Shown piece after piece: positions 59,851 through 64,000 of a stretch of 64,000 nt of DNA. Where the stretch lies: the NCBI RefSeq assembly GCF_009914755.1, contig NC_060926.1; one strand, 5' to 3'. The stretch's first letter is position 1. Each line of letters opens with the position of its first letter. A model generated the notes under the pieces. It made no database searches. It worked only from the letters and a program-made list of their open reading frames with translations, and had not been told where the DNA came from. The stretch is from the human T2T-CHM13v2.0 reference genome, Homo sapiens. The translations under genes and the position numbers were made by a program.

Positions 59851-60673
59851 GTCCCACCACTGACTAGCCGTGATCTTGAGCAAGTCATTTTTCTCAGTGC
59901 CTCAGTCTCCTCGTCAGTAAAATGGAAATAATAGTACCCACTTCCTAGGGTTGTCATGAACGTGAAATAAGTTGATATTTGAAAAGCACTTGAAATAGCG
60001 CCTGGCCACACAGTTGGTGCTGTGTTTAATGAATGAACACTGCTCTCAGAACCTCAAACTCCGGAGGGTCCCCTGTGGTTGAAGGCACAGGGCACGTGTG
60101 AGATAACCATTTAGAATTTTTAAGTGTAAAATTATTTTTGTCCAATCTTCTTTTGGAATCTGGGCAGGTCCTTGGGCTGCAAAACTTCTTTTCTCCTAAA
60201 CCTCTGTACTATGGATATAAGTTTCTTTTGCCTGTTTCTTACACTAAAGGACTGTGGAAATGAATAAGGAAGATGTCTGTGAAGTGCTTTGAATTCTCTG
60301 CAGGAAAAGTGTATCATAAATAAAAGGTGATCTAATTTTTGAGGCACTTTTTTATAATCTTTTATGTCTAACTGTTTCACATTGTTGTCTTTCTTCTAGT
60401 ATTCTCTATTTACCAGGTGAAAAAAAGAAAAAGAAAAAAGAATACCAATCAAAAATATGATGTTTCATGAAATGTTTGTCCCTCAGCTCTCTCATAAAAT
60501 TTAGAGCTGGGTGGCCTATGATATGTATTTAATATATTTTCTTATGTTTGTATTTAATATATTTAGATTTAAAATAAATTTTCATGTGTTAAACATAAGA
60601 AGGGATTTCTCTTACACTGAATCCGGAAAATTAATCTGACATCTATCTAAAAATAGAGATGGTTTCTTTTCTA

Positions 60674-61007
<334 letters not shown>

Positions 61008-61500
61008 TGAAAACCCACTGCTGTTCATTTGCCTTTCCCAGATGTTAGCTGGAAAGTCTAAATCTTTTTTAAAGCCTAGGTAGAAGAACTCACAGACACA
61101 CAAAAGTGTTGATAACACCAAAGGTGGAAGTTACATCAAAATCTCACAGAATTCAAAATTCTGCATCGTTGCCACTTCATCTTCCATTATTAAATGCATA
61201 GAAATCACAAGATGTGTGCCTGTGAGAATTTCTTGAATTAACAAACATCCAAAAATGTAGAACTAATGGGAATGACATTTAGGCTTTGAGGCAGGGCTAA
61301 ATTCAGATTTTAAAAGGTGGTCAGCTGTTCAATGCAGATGTTGTTTTAATCTAGTGCTATGATCATTTCATCAAACGAGCATGTTTCTTGAAGTGGCAGG
61401 AAATTTGGGTCTTGAGATATGTTTAAAAGGGGTAGTTCCTGTGATCCTCCTAGGTGCATGTGTGAATTACACTCAACTGTGTCCTCTCCCAGGATCTTAC

Positions 61501-61745
61501 CAGTGTTTTTTCAAACTGGGTCATGACCTATTCATAGGCCTTGAAATCAACTTATGAATTAAAGCTAGCATTTAAAAAAATAGAATAGGAGATAAAAGAA
61601 AACACAACATCAGAGGAATGCATTATGTGTTCAAAGAGAAAGCTTTGTTTCAGTTCATTTATGAGTGTGTGGGGGTGTGTTTGGTTAAGATACAAAATGT
61701 GTTTTTTAGGGTGAGTTACAGTTAAATATCTTTGAGAGCCACTAA
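61501..61745. mobile_element. hAT-Charlie-type MER relic
   Basis: CAGTGTTTTTTCAAAC...TTTGAGAGCCACTA, terminal-inverted-repeat-like ends. Confidence 0.5.
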
Positions 61746-61769
61746 GATTACTACACGCAGATTTCCCAG

Positions 61770-62310
61770 CCCATCATATTGCTAGTAGGAGAGAAAACTA
61801 GTACAAACCTAATGGAAAATAATTTTTCAAGAAGTTTCATAGACCTTGAAATTAGCCACACCTCTAAACCACTTATTTCATCTTTGGTTATCTACCTTAA
61901 GGAAATAATCCAAAATTCAGCAAAGGCTTTGCACAAAAATATTCACTACACTGTTATTCATTATACTGGAAATCCCAAACAGCTTAAATGCTCAAAACAG
62001 CAACATTAAGTCCATTTTAGAAGATGAAAATGGTTGAGTATTGTGTCATCATTAAAAGCAATATTTTCAGAGGATTTATAGTGATGTTGGAAACGCTCAT
62101 GATATAATATGAAGTAAAAAAAATGATTCAAAATTGCTCATGCTACATACTCTTGACAATTACAAAAACAGGTTAGAAGAAAAATGCTGCATTAGTGGTT
62201 CCCCAAGTGGTGGAGTTATGGGTGATTTTTATTCTCTGTTTTCCTATATTTTCTAATTTTCTAGAGTGCACATGTAACATATATCTATTGCCTAAGGAAA
62301 AAAGTGTTTA
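61770..62310 (+). mobile_element. L1ME fragment
   Basis: Degenerate 3' L1 motifs (TCTACCTTAAGGAAATAATC, GGTGATTTTTATTCT). Confidence 0.5.
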
Positions 62311-62594
62311 TTTCAAAAAAAGATCCCCCTCCCTAGGACAGTTAGGTGTATTCTCATCAGTCAGGTAACTGTCATCATTTACTTTTGCAAGGATGCCACC
62401 TTGGTTGGCTCTCTGTTGGGCCAGAGAGAGTAAAATTTCTCTTCCTGTAAATGCATTTTCACAGTGTCATGACTTTCAAGGATTTGGTTCACGTTCTTCC
62501 TGGGTGATTAACACAAAAGCAACAGCACCAGGGTCAGGGTTTTAGGTCTCCTGGCAGCGTGCCCCATAGCGGCTTTCTCTTTTCTCAAAAACTA

Positions 62595-63113
62595 GTCTAT
62601 TCGTTTCCTATGGCCGCTGTAACTAATCACCAGTAGCCTGGTGGCTTCGAACAACACACTCTTATTATCTTACAGTGCTAGAGGTTGGAACTCTGAAATG
62701 GGTCTCACTGGGCTAAAATTAAGGTGTCACCAATCCTGGGTTCCTATCGGAGGCTCTAGGGGAGAATCTGTTCCCTTGCTTTTTCTAGCTTTATGAAGCT
62801 GCCTGTGTTCCTTGGATCATGGTCTCCTCCTCCATCTTCAGAGACAGCATCAAAGCATTTTCAGCTCTCACTCTGCTTCTGTTCTATCTCCTTGTCTCAC
62901 TCTGGCCTTCCTGCCTCTTTCTTGATGGGACCTTCTGATTACATTGGGCCCACCTGGATAATCCAGGGTAACTGCCCATCTCAATGTCCTTAACTTAATG
63001 ACATCTGCAAAGTCCTTTTGGCCATGTATGGTAACATATTCACAGGTTCTGGGGATTAAGACACAGACGTCTTTGATTGGGGGTGGGTGGGAAAGAATGT
63101 TCTGTCTACCACA
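62595..63113 (-). mobile_element. MLT1C/D LTR
   Basis: TTTCCTATGGCCGCTGTAAC...GGGCTAAAATTAAGGTGTC...GGTAACATATTCACAGG...CTACCACA. Confidence 0.85.
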
Positions 63114-63233
63114 GCCAGGTTTGACAGAACAGCTTGAAACTGGGAAGTTTCATCCCGCTTGCATAACAGAGTGGTTTGAAAATTGCACTGTGGCCAAGTA
63201 GCTGTCCAAAATGTGAACGGTCCTGTCAATTTT

Positions 63234-63246
63234 CCACTAGGGGGCA
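63234..63246 (+). promoter_or_regulatory. CTCF-like motif
   Basis: CCACTAGGGGGCA is a near-consensus CTCF core. Confidence 0.55.
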
Positions 63247-63949
63247 ATATCCATTAATAACAGATCCCTGTCACTCAGCACTGGCACTGGCTAAAGGTTA
63301 AACTAAGAAGAGATGGTATTTAAGTTTACTGTTATCTTTGTCATACTCTACAGCATGACAAAAATGTAGGCAAGGTAGAAGCACATACATAACAGATGCT
63401 AGAGGACCTGCAGTTGCAATTAGGATTCCTTTGTATTGTTATACTTTGGGCTATTGCCATATAGAAAGCAAGTGAACCAGAGGAGGGAGAATATGGGCTC
63501 AAAAAATTCAGAGGTTATTGTAAATAGCTTTTATTTTTATTTTAGAACTTTTATAAATCACTTGAGTAATGCCACATTGTAGAAAACTTAGAAAATACAG
63601 GTAAATTTTTACATGTTTTTTATGCCACTTTCAGTTCTTGCAAGTTGAGTACAAAACAACTAAGTGTCAGTGTTTTATTTCTTAAAGACCTTTTTACTGA
63701 GTCGTGGATTTTGAAAATAAAAGTTCATTTTAATAAGTCAAATTCCAAAGCAATAAGAACATTTGGTTATTAGCTAATTATCTTTGCACCTACTGTTTTT
63801 GTTTGCTTGTTTTAAACTCTAGTGTGCTTTTTTTAAAAAAAAATAATTTTACTGTCTTATCAAATTTTAGAATCACAGTTTTCTCCAGGTTTGAGCAGAC
63901 CTCTGTGTTCCTGGCTTTTTTTTTTTTAATTTAATTTAAAAAATTTTTT

Positions 63950-64000
63950 GGCTGGGTGCTGTGGCTCATGCCTGTCATCTCAGTACTTTGAGAAGCTGAG
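63950..64000 (+). mobile_element. Alu 5' end cut by the window edge
   Basis: GGCTGGGTGCTGTGGCTCATGCCTGT. Confidence 0.9.

Overview
Primate (human-like) genomic DNA, AT-rich and CpG-depleted, made mostly of decayed transposable elements. It holds about 23 Alus, many L1/L2/MIR fragments, MER5/MER20/MER81/MER2 DNA-transposon relics and about 15 solo LTRs (ERV1, MaLR, ERVL). The centre (about 25.8-40.4 kb) is an apparently full-length old L1MA element on +, split by a full-length antisense L1PA (26766-32912, 15-bp TSD), an MST LTR and five Alus. No host protein-coding gene can be supported: the recognisable ORFs are broken L1 ORF1/ORF2 pieces, and the rest are Alu, LTR or low-complexity frames or short frames I could not assign. 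The best candidates for function are non-coding: a motif-dense island at about 53.6-56.8 kb (IRF, kB, GATA, KLF, AP-1, ETS, splice donors) next to MER66 and MER41B LTRs; three CTCF-like motifs in convergent/divergent orientation; and a candidate terminal lncRNA exon at 10742 that could end at an MST LTR poly(A) signal. Repeat subfamily names come from recalled consensus sequences, not a RepeatMasker run, and boundaries without a TSD are approximate. I found no evidence of a new multi-gene system.
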